From the human T2T-CHM13v2.0 reference genome, Homo sapiens, in NCBI RefSeq assembly GCF_009914755.1, contig NC_060930.1: a DNA stretch of 64,000 nt; one strand, written 5' to 3'. Shown here one piece after another: positions 27,269 to 41,672 of this stretch (the first letter of the stretch is position 1; each line of letters begins with the position of its first letter). The notes beneath the pieces were generated by a model. The model made no database searches, was not told where the DNA came from, and was given only the letters and a program-made list of their open reading frames with translations. A program made the position numbers and the translations under genes.

Positions 27269-29528
27269 CCTCATATATATTTGATTATGCCTTTTCTCTT
27301 TTTGTAATTTTCTTTTGTTTTTATAGATTTAGGGAGTATAAGTGCATTTTTCTTATATTTAGATATTGCCTAGTATATTCCTTTTAGTGGAGCATATTCC
27401 ATTGAACACTGTGGAAAATGAAACACTGTTCAAGTTCAACCCCTTTCAGTTTGCAATGAAAGAAACTGAAGCAATAAATCTTAATTGACTTGCTCAAGTT
27501 CCTACAATTGATTTGTCACAGAACGAGACATACAGTCCTATATTCTTTATAAGTCACCACTAATACTAAAAATTAGATAATTTGCAAAAGGCTATTGCTT
27601 GTTGATACTAACAAGTAATGTGCCTATCACACTGATGTGAATCTGCAATTTAACAGCATGATCTTATTCTGTTTTTATCTTGGCAATCACATATTTCTCC
27701 TACTTGACTGTTTGCATCAACATATCTCTAACGTGTCATGTGGCTTTAGTGTCTGTGTGTCATCTTGCTTCTGACTGGTGTTTACCAGTCTAGTCCCGTC
27801 TTTGTAATTGTCTCCCAACATTCAATGCTCAGCTCTTGTAGATGTTTTGTAGTTTCCTTCTCAACTAAGTAAGTCATCATTGATTGGATATTCTTTTATC
27901 CTATGACTGTGTGGTTGTAGGTTAAATAGTTTTAAGGTTTAAATGATGTGTCACAGGTGTGCTATGTGTGCTTTTAAGCTTCTCCATGGGTATTAATTAG
28001 CTCTGAACTATATAAGTAGACTATTTCAAGGTGATTTATATTGCACTCTTGAAGTATACAGAAGGCACAAGATTATAAGGCCATTTGTTAATTTTTGAAC
28101 TGTTAGAATTGGAATAGACTGTGGAATTACTCAGTTGACTATCTCATTGAATGCAGGAGTCTCTTTCATCTATTAGCATGATAAGTCCCCTCCACTCAAA
28201 TGAGAGTATCCGTGGTAGAGATCAGATATTATAAAGAAGCTCATTTTCTTATTACAAAGTTGTGTTAGAATTTTTAACCTCATGTTTGGTTGAAATGTAT
28301 TTTTTTAGTCTTTCCTTTCTTCTCTGAAGAAATAAAACAATCTCTGATACTTCTACTTGACATTAATTGAGATTCAAAAAAGAACAGAAACCTTAGTGAG
28401 GCATCAGGTAGATGTTTTCTAATCTCAATTGCTATATCTGATGAGGCTTTTGTAGTGAGAGATAAAAACATAGGCATAAAGGTGGTAGTTTGAGTAATGG
28501 AGGAAGGGATCTCAGTTTCTAAACATAGGATGCAAAGCCTTTCAGTATCTATATCCCTCTAATACACAGGCCAGTGCAAATATTTGTGACATTTAATAAT
28601 TTGTCTCTCCTCCTGTTTTAACACTTGTCTTAAGTAAACTAGTAACCCATAATTCAATCTGTCCTCTCCTTTCCCCAGAAAATTCAATGGTCTTATATTG
28701 TGGAAGAAGACTGAAGAGACATAGGCCAAGGGAAATTTATGATGATGACATGACTCCAGTTCTAGATAGCTCCAAGGGTAATTTCAGATTCAGAGGAAAG
28801 CTAAACAATAATCTACTGAGTATAATGCCTGTGTCTTTGAACTGGAAAATCAGTTGGAGGCAGTCTCATATTTTACTTAACTTTTTGCCAAGCCATTTAT
28901 TCCATTTTGGTAAGAGATTGTCATAGGTTGTATAAAGTTCAAGACTATGCTTTGAAATCCATCTACATCTCTGATTAAATCAGTGGACCATTCCTTGCAC
29001 TTTGTGTATAATATTTGCTTTATGCAATTTCCATTACTAATGCTGCTATTTTCTTCCTTTTGTGTGTTTCCATGGGTTGGTTGAAGAAATCTGGAAGAAT
29101 GCACTTGTCTAGTCTGGCACAACAATAATAAAAAAATCCCCCATCACCCACCCACATGCCTTTCTAAGTGCACTCACATAAATACAGGTTTCACCTGTTT
29201 AAAACTTCATCATGATTTTTGCCAAGAATCAACACAACTTTAGGAACACAAAAACACAAAATGTTAGTTTTGAAAGAAATAGTCCTAGAAGAAACTCTGA
29301 AGATCAATAGAATAATTATTTGAGCCATTTTGAACATCACCACTTACTAGCAGAGGTGAAAAAGTTTGATATTTCCTAGCATTATTAATATCCCCTGCCT
29401 GCCCCAAAAAGCAAACCTACCCCTTATGTTTGTATTCTTGCTCCATGTAAAGATTTTAATCATGCTGTTACAATGTGTATGGGTTGTGACCATCCTAACA
29501 CCATTCTTGTGTAAGAGTGTTCATGTTA

Positions 29529-29990
<462 letters not shown>

Positions 29991-30591
29991 TTAAGTCATG
30001 TTCTAAGATGTCCCATGTATGATATACATCTACTCTTCCAAATTTCATTTTAAAACATTCAGAAACTGCTATCACAAGTATACTGTCCACATTTTGCTTA
30101 TATTTCCTTGATATATGAACTTTTTAAAGAATAACTTTATAAGCTTACTTGTTTCCCTTAATATCTGGATTTCTAAGTTTTTGGAAGTTGGTTTACAAAA
30201 CTTTAAAACTGAATTCCCTTTCATATTTAGCTATACTCCCTTCTTTGAAGTATCTTATACTATAATTACATGCATATTTTTTCTCTCAACTTTATGAAAT
30301 ATACTTCATGATATCCTAGGGATTATGTCTGACACTTCCAGAGTAGATTTCTTTCATTAGTCAATATTAAATTAAAAAAATTAAATACCATAGAACCCTC
30401 TCTGCATATTAGAGAACTATTTAACTCCATTTTTAAAATAACAAAAGCATTTTTATTGTTATGTTTCTTAAAAGAAGTCCATCTAGTAACAATATAAACT
30501 TTGATATGGCCAAAAAACATGTGGTCCTAAACAAAATCAATACAATTTTTATTGAATGTTACTGTTGGCAAAGAACTGGGTAATGATGTGA

Positions 30592-30907
<316 letters not shown>

Positions 30908-31539
30908 TCCACATTCTTTTTGTCAAGTTGAAAACACGCTAAACAAACGTGTAAAATAGAAATAAAGGACTTAAACAACTCTACAAACATAAATAGAAGG
31001 GATGCTACAGTCTACTCTGTGATGGTTAAATGAATTGAACAATACAATAATTTACATGGAAATTAGTCTAAGACGTTTTGAAATATCTAATAAAATTTCA
31101 TAGCAGATAACAAATGTTTATTTTTAATATATATGATGAAGTCACTGGAATGTCATCAATTTCTTAGCAGTACCCATATCCGGAGAAGTGTTGTCAGCAT
31201 TGCTATATTTGTTAAGATAAGTCGATTTCATTTTAATTGGAATTTCTAGTTCATCTCAGAAATACATTTAGAAGATATTTTTTCCCAATAGTGTCTTTCC
31301 CAGTGGTTTATTTAACATCTTGGCACTAATTAAATGGAAATATTATTTTTAAATTTTTTTCTGAAAATACTTTAAGAATATGAATGGAATAGACACTCAG
31401 AAATTTAGAACAATGAAACTGAGTAATGGAAAAATAGTGTTATAAAAACGGTAAAATTAATTTAAATAAAATGATGATTTTGGATTTTTACTTATCAATT
31501 TATTTTTTGATACAACTGTTATTCTGGCAACATCCTTTG

Positions 31540-31730
31540 AAGTAAAAAAGATCCAAGATCTGAATTACTCAGTAGTTGTGTGACTACTACTAATGCAATC
31601 ACTTAACCTCTTTTCCCCACACTGTCCTCATCTGTGAAGTGAATATAATAACAGTACATAATTTCTAATGATGTGGTGATTAAATTAGATAACTGCTTAG
31701 CAATTTTTCTGTCAAAAAGTAGCTACTATT
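31540..31730 (+). mobile_element. MIR SINE
   Basis: tcacttaacctct...tcctcatctgtgaagtgaatataataacagtac core. Confidence 0.7.
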
Positions 31731-31759
31731 ATTGTTTCTAAACAAAAACAGAAATGCTG

Positions 31760-32100
31760 TAGATACAGTATGTCTCAGTTTCAACAACACAGTTGACACA
31801 CTCTCTTACGATTCCCTGTGGACAAGATAAAATGTAAGCTGGATGACAGAACAATTAGGTGGATCCATGCTAGTTGAACAACTGTAGCCTAAAAATATTG
31901 ATTAATGGATCTTTATTACTGTGAAGGAGGTAAACTGCGGGGTTCCACACTTGGCCCTTTTCTATTCAACAGTTTCATCAATGAAATTGGAGAAAAGCAT
32001 AAGTGAACTTACCTAATTTACACATTACCCAAAGTTGAGAAAAACAACTAACACCTTAAATGAAAGTATCTGTGTTCATATGATCTCAATAAAATATGGC
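31760..32100 (+). mobile_element. L3/CR1 LINE reverse-transcriptase remnant
   Basis: Manual translation gives FNNTVDTLSYDSL, IRWIH, ILINGS, GVP and LGPFLFNSFINE, colinear with CR1 RT motifs (FSKAFD, IRWI, GVPQGSVLGPVLFNIFIND). Confidence 0.82.
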
Positions 32101-34355
32101 AAATAAAGGTTAAATGTGATGATAGGAACCACACTAAAACAAACAATATTATTTCTATTTAAAATATGTACGTGTACACATATAATATGAAGGAAAATTT
32201 GATAGGAAAGAAGCTGTTGTAAAAAGATCTATGAAATCTTTTTGGTTTTCAAATTATATTATTTAGAGGAAGACAGTCTATTGTAACAAACCTACCCAAA
32301 ATTATATAATCATTCAAAGACAATTCCAAATGGATTTCCCCGATCAGTTGGTGACTCTATGAGATGTTTTGAATCAGGGACCATCTTGCAAATGCTATTT
32401 TAGGCCTGGATTCCTAACCTAAGTGCATTTCCTTTTTTCTCCTTTTATAAAATTTATTTTTTATTGAAGTAAAATATGCATACATAGTTTACTATCTTTA
32501 CCATTTCTAAGTCTACAGTACAGCAGTAATAATCAGGCACTATTTAAAAAACAATTGATCTAAAATAATTGTCACAACTTTATAGACTTCCATTAACATA
32601 TGTTAACAAGATAAAGTGTCATATCTAAGTCAAAATTATATAAATATGTCAAAACAGTGGTTCTTAAACTTGGCTACATATTGAAATCACATCAGGACAT
32701 ATCTAAGAAAATGCTTTTTATTACCAGTGAGGATAACATTGCCAAATACTAGAGGCCAGATGATAATGTTTAATCATCATAATTAAGGTGGACTTAATTA
32801 TCTTAATCAGCATCAAGACTGGAGAGGCAACCAGGACTTCAGACCCATGGAGAACTACAGCAGCAGTACAAGAAGCACAGTCTTCTAAGTGTAAAACAGA
32901 TCAAAAATAACCAATCAGAAGTCTGAAGATAGCTGCTTTAAAGATATGTCACAATTCTTGCCCATCTTCTGGGTTTAGGCCAGTTTTGAGCCATGGAATT
33001 CATTGACTGAGAGTCCAAGTCCCTAGTATGAAGGGCCCTACAATACCACAGCAAGTTTTCACAATAATGATTCTTCCAGTTCTTCCACAAAGGATATTAT
33101 GGTTACTTCTTGTGTGAACATACACTGCAGAATGGAGAATACCTAGACATTTCAAAGACTATAGGAGATATGGTTCAAAGTGACCTAAGGACCTGAAATG
33201 CCACCATGGTCCCCCTGTTAGAGTAGTGGAGGGAGAGGAGGTAGAAAAGACTTATATGAGAACCGTGTGAAGCCCTGGCACCAATCCAACTCACAGTGGA
33301 TCCATTGGGTCCACAGATATACTTAGTGTCCATTTTTTCTGTCCCCAAATATTATTGGATGGGGAATACTTAATAGTTGGCAAAAGTCTCCATGTTGGTT
33401 TCTTACTCTGAAGGTTAAGAATTATTATAGAAGGGAAAGTCAAATAGAAACCTCTGAAACTTCATCCTTTGGCCAAGATGCTAAAGAAAAAACATTATTG
33501 TATTTCAGAACAATCATGTGGATCCAGGTAGGTTGAACAACTGCAGCCCAACACTGTTCAGAAGGAGTGGCAGAAATTAATGCCACTCTTAAACACCCAA
33601 GGAATACAGGGATGATGCTTCCCATCAGAACCCCTTTCAATTCACCAGTCTCTGCCTTTTCAGTAACCAAATGGATGCTGGAGGATGACAGTGGGCTATT
33701 GAAAATCAAATTGTAATCTCAGTTGCAACGGTTATGCAGGTGTGGTATCTTTGCTAGAGCAGATTAGCATGGCTTTAGGAACATAATGTGATGCTATATG
33801 CTTTATTTTTCCAAAACTATCAGAAAAGAGAAACATAGTTCACATTAAATGAAAGAAACAACAGTATATTTTAAAAATATTGCCCAAAAGCTATTTTAAT
33901 GCTCCTGTTCTCTGTCATACAATAGTCCATAGTTATCTGGGCCATCTATCAGGACTTTCTGCAGAACATCACACAGGTCTACTTTAAAGATGACTAATTT
34001 TAATCAGAAAAAGAAAATAAATGACAAGCATATTGGAATCTTTGGTAACGTAAATGTGGTCCACTTTTATTTAGTTGTTAAATAAAAAATTCTACAAATA
34101 CTTAGATTACTACATCACCAGTGAATATTTAATGGTCCCATGATCGGGACCATGGGACCATTAGCATTTTCTCCCAAAGTAAAATTCAAATTAGTGCATT
34201 CTACATCTTCCAGCACTGAGAGATAGGCCTCTTCAAGTACTAGAGGCAATATAATCCACACTTGGAATAATGGTTCCAACACATTTACCAAGTGACATGG
34301 AAGATGGCCAGCTTTTAACAGGGCACATAAAAGAAGATATACTGGAAAAGGTTCA

Positions 34356-34830
<475 letters not shown>

Positions 34831-35198
34831 TAAAATGGTTTGGCTCTGTGTCCCCATCCAAATCTTATCTCAAATTGCAATCCCCATGTGTAGAAGGAGG
34901 GACTTGGTGGGACGTGATTGGATCATGGGGGAGGTTTCCTTCAGGCTGTTCTCATGATAGTGAGTGAGTTGTTGTAAGATCTGATGGCTTAAAAGTGTTT
35001 GTCAGTACCCCCCTCACTCTGTGTCTCTCTTGCTGCCCTGTGAAACATGCCTTGCTTTCCCCTCACCTTCCACAATGATTGTAAGTTTCCTGAGGCCTCC
35101 CCAGCCATGAGGAATTGTAAGTCAATTAAACCTCTTTTCTTTATAAACTACCCAGTCTCAGGTAGTGCTTTTTAGCAGTATAAAAACAGACTAATACA
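34831..35198 (+). mobile_element. MaLR solo LTR (THE1D-like)
   Basis: atggtttggctctgtgtcccca...cctgaggcctccccagccatg...aattaaacctctt...gactaataca. Confidence 0.92.
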
Positions 35199-38100
35199 GT
35201 AAGTACTAAAAAAAGTGTTCCATCTTTAACAGAGAGTTATATACCTCATTGAAGGAACAGTCACGGTTATGCTACTGGGCCCTGATAGAGAAAGATCAAG
35301 TTAGCCTGCAGTCAGAACTGCATTAGTTGGATTTGGTCAGGTCCATTAAGTAATATTTGGGCAGGCTAACACTAATCCACCATTAAATGAAAATGATACA
35401 TTCAGGATTGGGCAGTATAGGACCAGAGATCAAACATATACTACATAGAACCTTACGTTGTCTACCACTGTATTATTGGCACTTCTTCCTCAGTACACAA
35501 CTGACGGAAGAGGTAATACAGTAAGGTTGCTTCACAGATGGCTCAGCTCTGTATGGGGCATACGCCAAAATGAAGTACTGCTGCATTATGATATTACTCA
35601 GTGAGGTCCTTGAAATACATCAGTAGGGCAGTTATTCCAAAGGGAAGTGCTTTGGGTAGTACATCTGGTCATCGATTTCATGTATAAAGAAGCGGCAGGA
35701 AGGGAATAATATATATGGTTTTATGGAAAGTAGAGGATGGCTTGCCTTTCCAGGAAGGAAAAAAATTGGAAGCTTAGGGACAAGAGGCACATGGATAATC
35801 TATAAAATTGGACACAAAATGTGAAATTTTTTGTGCTGTATGTAATTGCCAACCAGAGGACACCTGCAACTAGAAAAGGCACTAAATAACTAAGTAGACA
35901 TAGTGATTCAACCATTTGATGTTAGCCAACTTTCTGTCATCTTCTACCCTAGTGTTGTCACAATGGAAAGATAAATGGAGTATTATGAATGCAGGGATGA
36001 GGATTTATCTGTGGGCCACACATAAGTCTCTACTCACCAAGGCTAACTTAGCTACCACAACAATCAAATGTCCAAACTGCCATCTGGAGAGATAACACTG
36101 TATTCCCAAAATGGCATCATCTCTCTATTAGGTCAATAATGTCTTGGTGTCAAGTTGATTACATTGAAACCCTTCCACCTTGGAAAGGGCAGGGAGCACA
36201 TATTCCTCTTCTGCCTGTAGTGCTTGAACAAGTACCACTGTCTCAGGACTTAGTGTTTAATTTTCTGACACTGCAGCCCACTTAACACTGCGGTGTACCA
36301 AACAACAAACTTTACAGAGAAGAAGATGAAAATCAGTCATGTGAACATGGGATCTACTGATCCTATAATATATCACAGTACCTGATACAGTAAATGGAAT
36401 GACCTTTTAAAGCTGAGGAGTTAGGCTTGAGTTCATAACATGCAGAGATAAGGCACTATCTTCCAGGATGCGTTATATATTCTAAATCAGCAGCCATTTT
36501 TTGTTGTTATTATTATTTTTCAACATTAAAGTCCAAGATTGAAAGAGTAGAAGTTGTAGAGACCTTCCTTGGCCTCACTCTCCTTGGACATTTTGAGATT
36601 CTCACCCCCACAACCCTATACTCTGCATGTGTAAAATTCCTGATTCACAAAGCAAACATATCTACAATAGACATGGCAGGAATCTAGCAGCCGAGAGAGG
36701 CATACAAGGAATAGTAACATTATCCTGGAAAAAAATGACCCTAGTCATGAGGACAAAGTAGGGCTGCTACGACACAATAGGGAAAGGAAGAAATATGTCT
36801 GCTACACAGATGATTCATTGGGAATCTCAGTACCACATGCCCAATTTTTGATGTTATATTTATAATTACTGTATAAAAATTCATTGAAAAATTATTTTTT
36901 GTTAACAACAGTTACATCAGTATGGATTTTGCTCATTTCTTGGATATATTTACCAACAAACTCAGCCCTTCTTGGCCACAGATTACAGCTGATTTCAGCT
37001 GGGGATCTCAGTTGTGCTACTGCCAGCCCTGGTGTTCATGCTTACCGATAGACAGAGTGAAAAAGTTAGAAACTCTGAGCATCATCAGAGGGAGCCATCC
37101 TTTTAATATATGATTGTAGTAGGGAAAGTGTCCCAGAGTGACCGTGAAGAACAGGTTTCTCTCCTATCGAATCACTCTTTCTCTTTTAAATCCAGAGCTG
37201 CAAGATGCCTTCAAATGCGGCAAAATTAGGCAATATACCATAGGAGGGAAGGTCATGCTGATTAACCATGAAAGGAAATAATAGTTTAATTTTCATAAAA
37301 TATTCTTACTTATCTAATATTCAAAGTGCTTTAAAGAAAATTGCCACCTCATCTGGGGTGAAGAAAGTCTTTGCACAGTATCCCATCTCTCTCTATCAAA
37401 TAGCCACAGTCCACTCACCACTGGGACTAATCTGTGTGTGCTTTTGGATTCGGTTTATGCAGTCACACAGAAACTCCAATTCTCGTCACTTCTTTCTGTC
37501 CTTCTCTATGCAAATAAGGCTGCACCATCTCCCCTTTTCCTCTTTCTTAAATCCTGAAACTCTCACTGTGCCCATTGGAATTCATAATTCATCATCAGAA
37601 AAATCTCTGGTATTCTTCATCTCTCTAACTGAAATGTGGCTTTTCCCTGAGAACCTTACTTTGCTTCATATGAAATTTGTTTTCTTTCCCATGACCTTGT
37701 AACCCTGGGCCTAAAACTATTTATATTTACCCATTTCATCTCATGAGTAATAGTACCCCAATATTGCTGTTGTCTTTCTGAATTTTAATTGCCTGTTTAT
37801 TTGTATATTTCCTTTAATCAAGTGTAAATCCCTTGATGTACATGGTAGTCTCATATTCAGAGTTGCATTGAGCACAGCATTTTGCACATCAAAAGACCTC
37901 CTAAGCATCTGTTAAAAGAAACAATAAATGAATAAATATAGTAACAATGATATTTCAGATATTTCAGAAATGTTTGTAACTTAAACCCAATCGTTCCACT
38001 TCAAAAACTTGTCCTAAGGAAACCCTAAGAAAATGTATTCAGATGTGCTCAAGAAGATCTGAATCTTCTTGACTCGGGGGATGGAAAGCTAAATTTACAC

Positions 38101-40254
38101 AAAAAAAGTGACTACTTAGGTATTTTACCATGCATTTATACAATACAACACTATGAAACCACTAAAGTCATATTTTGCAAGATTAAGAAATATTCATTAT
38201 GTTTATTATGAACTCAAGTTTATAGGCAGATAACTGTTAAGTAAAAGAAGCTATTTCCAATTTTTTTAAAATCTAAGATGCTAATGAAGGCTTCTTCTGT
38301 GTGGTGAGATTATGATTGACTCTTTCTTATTAAAATACATGTCCTAAAAATTCTACAATGGGCATGTCTCTTTACTACTCTGAGACTCAGTTTCCTTACC
38401 AATTAACTAAGAAAAATTTCCCCATAATATTTTTTTTTTCACTCTACAATGATACCTCCACATTTTCGATGTGGATAACACTTTCTGCTCATGGATTGTG
38501 CCTTGTTGAATAACCATAAAATGATAAACCTAGAGTTAGGGCAAAGAAATATCACTGATTAGGAATGCCAATAGTATACATCCTACACTGTTGCTCTGTT
38601 TCACTTTTTCCATTAAACCTGCAATTGCACTAATACTACATTCCCTAAGTAAGCAATGAATTAAAGCTTTGCGAATCAGCCAGCAGGTCTAGACCCACTT
38701 ACAGATGTCTGATGACTTCTGAAGCAGGGAAGATAAATGTCTCCCTTAGGAACCAGCATTTAACATGGTAGAACAACACCCCAACTCCCTATCAAACAGT
38801 TTTCTATGGAAGTTCTCAGTCAGTTGAGATCTGATCTCTTCACAGTGAAAAGTGAAGTAAGATGAATGATTGCCTCTACTCAACATGGAAAAATTAAATT
38901 ATCTTCTTCAGTGTTTGGATTCAGGATATGGCTTTAGAAGAACTATTTCTCACCATACAGGTCAAATCCCATTTCAAAATATGTCATTATAACAGAAATC
39001 TCTGTACAACGAAAATATTTTTCCAGCTAGCAATACCTATATCTGTAATTATTCCTATAAGAAATTTCAATTACTATCCCAATAATATGTAAAATCCTTT
39101 AGAGAAAGTCAAGGGTAGATTTTGAATATTTTATAGTATTATTGTGTCCATTCACTGCATGCAGTGTGTATGTTTTGTGCAAAGAAATATTAGTTATACA
39201 TTTTTCAGTTATCCACATTTATATGCAGTTATTAGCAGTAGCACTGTCTATGAATATAAAATGCAAGAATGTGAGTCATAGTTAACATATAGTTATTGCT
39301 TTATTGTTTACACTCCATTTTATTACTTTCTGAAGTAATAAAATTGGTAAATATCACTCCTATTTTTTTGACTGAGAAAACATTTGCAGATAGATTCTAC
39401 TCTATCACATGGAAAACGATTAGCAAGACAATTTGGTTCTTGTCCTTCCTTATGCCCTGGCTCCACAGCCTCTTAATCGCCACCACTGTCATTTAAATAA
39501 CATTTTGGTGGGTCACCTAAAGGACAGTAATTTGTTTTTCAAGTCTTCATACCTGTCTCTGTTTCTCAGGTTTTGCCATCACATTGTGGGTATTTGGAAG
39601 ATAAGGGCATTGCTTTGGAATCCATTTTTTCAGCATTAATAAAGGAGTCTTTTTTTTTTTTTTTATCACTGAAGACTGCACACACACATTAGGGGTCTGC
39701 ACCTGGGTTCTGTTTTGAACTGTATGAGGGCTGTTTCCTCTATAAGAGATTTCATGCAACACCTAGAAACTTCAGTCTTTTCATTTTGCATGTCTTTGTT
39801 TCAGTTCAGTCTAATCTGCCTTGTCCTTCAATCACACGGTGATTAACTTCCTTCTCAATGCCTAAATTAGTATTTTAATTCTTTCTTTTATAACTCTAAT
39901 TCACCACTATAGAGAGAGTAACTCTGTAACCCTGAAATTTATTAAGCAAGTCTTTTTATTGTTAAGTGTTGATGACACTTAAACCTCTGCCACAAATAAG
40001 TATTTTTCAGTTTTGTCCTACTATTTTCATTCTTGCTTTAAAATATTTGAGAAGTACCAGTAATTTAAGGAAATTCAAAATCCATTGTGGTGAAAATTGT
40101 TCATGTTATTTTCATGAACCAATTTCAATTTGGATGGGTCATACACCGAAGAATTCTGAGAAAGGTGCTATGATGAATATACAACAAAACAGACTAAATT
40201 ATAGTCTCTATCCACATGGAAGTTACCACCTATTAAGGGTGACAGTCATGATGC

Positions 40255-41003
40255 TATCAATGAATAATCATGAGGTATATAAATTTGGAGAGGAGACTTT
40301 GTTTCTTATAAAAGTTTGTAGCCTATAGGGTGGCCATTCTGACAGGCTGGAAAGTGTATCCTCCAGCAGAGATCAAAATCAAGTATTTTGATGGAGGAGA
40401 CGATGAGACAAGAATGTATGCTGAACAGGTTGTCCAAGTATACATATTCAACAGACTACAGGAGGAGACATGAAGATTCAAAGATTCACAAAGGAGGTTG
40501 TAACACAAGCAAACGGAATAAACATGTATGTTACATATGATCCATGTTTCACTTTGGGGTGGAGACAACATTAAAATGCAGTCAAATCAATTTCTAAATG
40601 TCAAAAGGTGAAACAGGGACACAAAGAAACTCAGTGCACAGTCTCTGTAAACTGGTCAGAACCAGTCCATTGTTGGTAGTCTCTTATCAGAAGAAAGTTA
40701 CTGAAATTAATCTCTTGTCCAGTCAAAGCTGTATTGATGGCTTGTGGAACATAAGGGTCAATTAGTCAGTGTCTGGTGGTTGGTGAGCTGCAATTGTTTC
40801 AACATTGCTTATCTCAAGGCCAGTGATTATTCAGCTACTGGAAAAAAAGAAAAACCTTGTGGCAATGAGAACAGTTTATTAAGTGTAGGGGTGCATGACC
40901 TAACTCCTGCCTGGCATGGCCTTAGGTCTTGTTTATAATTTGTATCTTATTTCCACAAAAAGTTTGTTCTGTCGGTATTATGATCTGACACTCTATTTTA
41001 ACA
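40255..41003 (-). mobile_element. ERV1 solo LTR (MER39-like)
   Basis: The reverse complement starts tgttaaaatagag...ataagatacaaattataaacaagacctaaggccatgccaggc. Confidence 0.78.
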
Positions 41004-41470
41004 GTGGACTGGAAAGAATACTGATTTGGGGACAAGAAGAGTTGTTTCAAGACCCAGATCTTATCCTCACAGGTTGAGGACTTTATACAAGCTACTTAAT
41101 CCCTGGGATAGCTTTCCTGTCTCCTCAGGTGCTGTTAGACGAAATAATTACGTCAAAATAGTTTACAGACTGTGTTTCAGCTACCAAATAGAAGGTGTTG
41201 CTAAGGGAAGGAGATGTGATTTGAGTAGTGGCATAAGATATTAAAATAATAGTTACTAGGATTAATTGCACACAATATATGATAGAAACTTTGCTAAATG
41301 CTTTATTCATATTTCATTGTTTTATCACCGTAGCAACCTGTTGAGGTAAGTACTATAAGTACTGTATTTTACAGATAAGAATATAAGGTTTAGAGGAGTT
41401 CAGTAAACTGCCCAAGATCATACTGCAACTAAATGTTTGAGCTGGAATTTAAATTCAATGATCACTCCAC
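41004..41470. mobile_element. Two MIR fragments in opposite orientation
   Basis: Plus-strand core near 41040-41240; minus-strand core (ttttacagataagaa...ctgcccaagatca) near 41290-41470. Confidence 0.6.
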
Positions 41471-41616
41471 AACTTGTGCAGGAATATGAAGTCGGATATT
41501 CTTCCTAGCTCTGCAACCTCTTCTCCCTTCCGTCTTTTTCTTTCTCTTCAACCTCCCTTCACTCACCTTCCTTTTACACTCCTCCTCTTTCCTGTATACA
41601 CGACTTCCTATGACAG

Positions 41617-41672
41617 AAGGAAAGGAACACTTTCCTATTTTAAGGAAAGGAACAGTTTCCTATTTTAAGGAA
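41617..41672. repeat. 25-bp tandem duplication
   Basis: aaggaaaggaacactttcctatttt / aaggaaaggaacagtttcctatttt, one mismatch. Confidence 0.9.

Noticed and set aside
37268-37702. 144-aa ORF
   Set aside because: Composition is typical of AT-rich non-coding DNA, the 3' half appears to overlap L2 debris, and there are no motifs.
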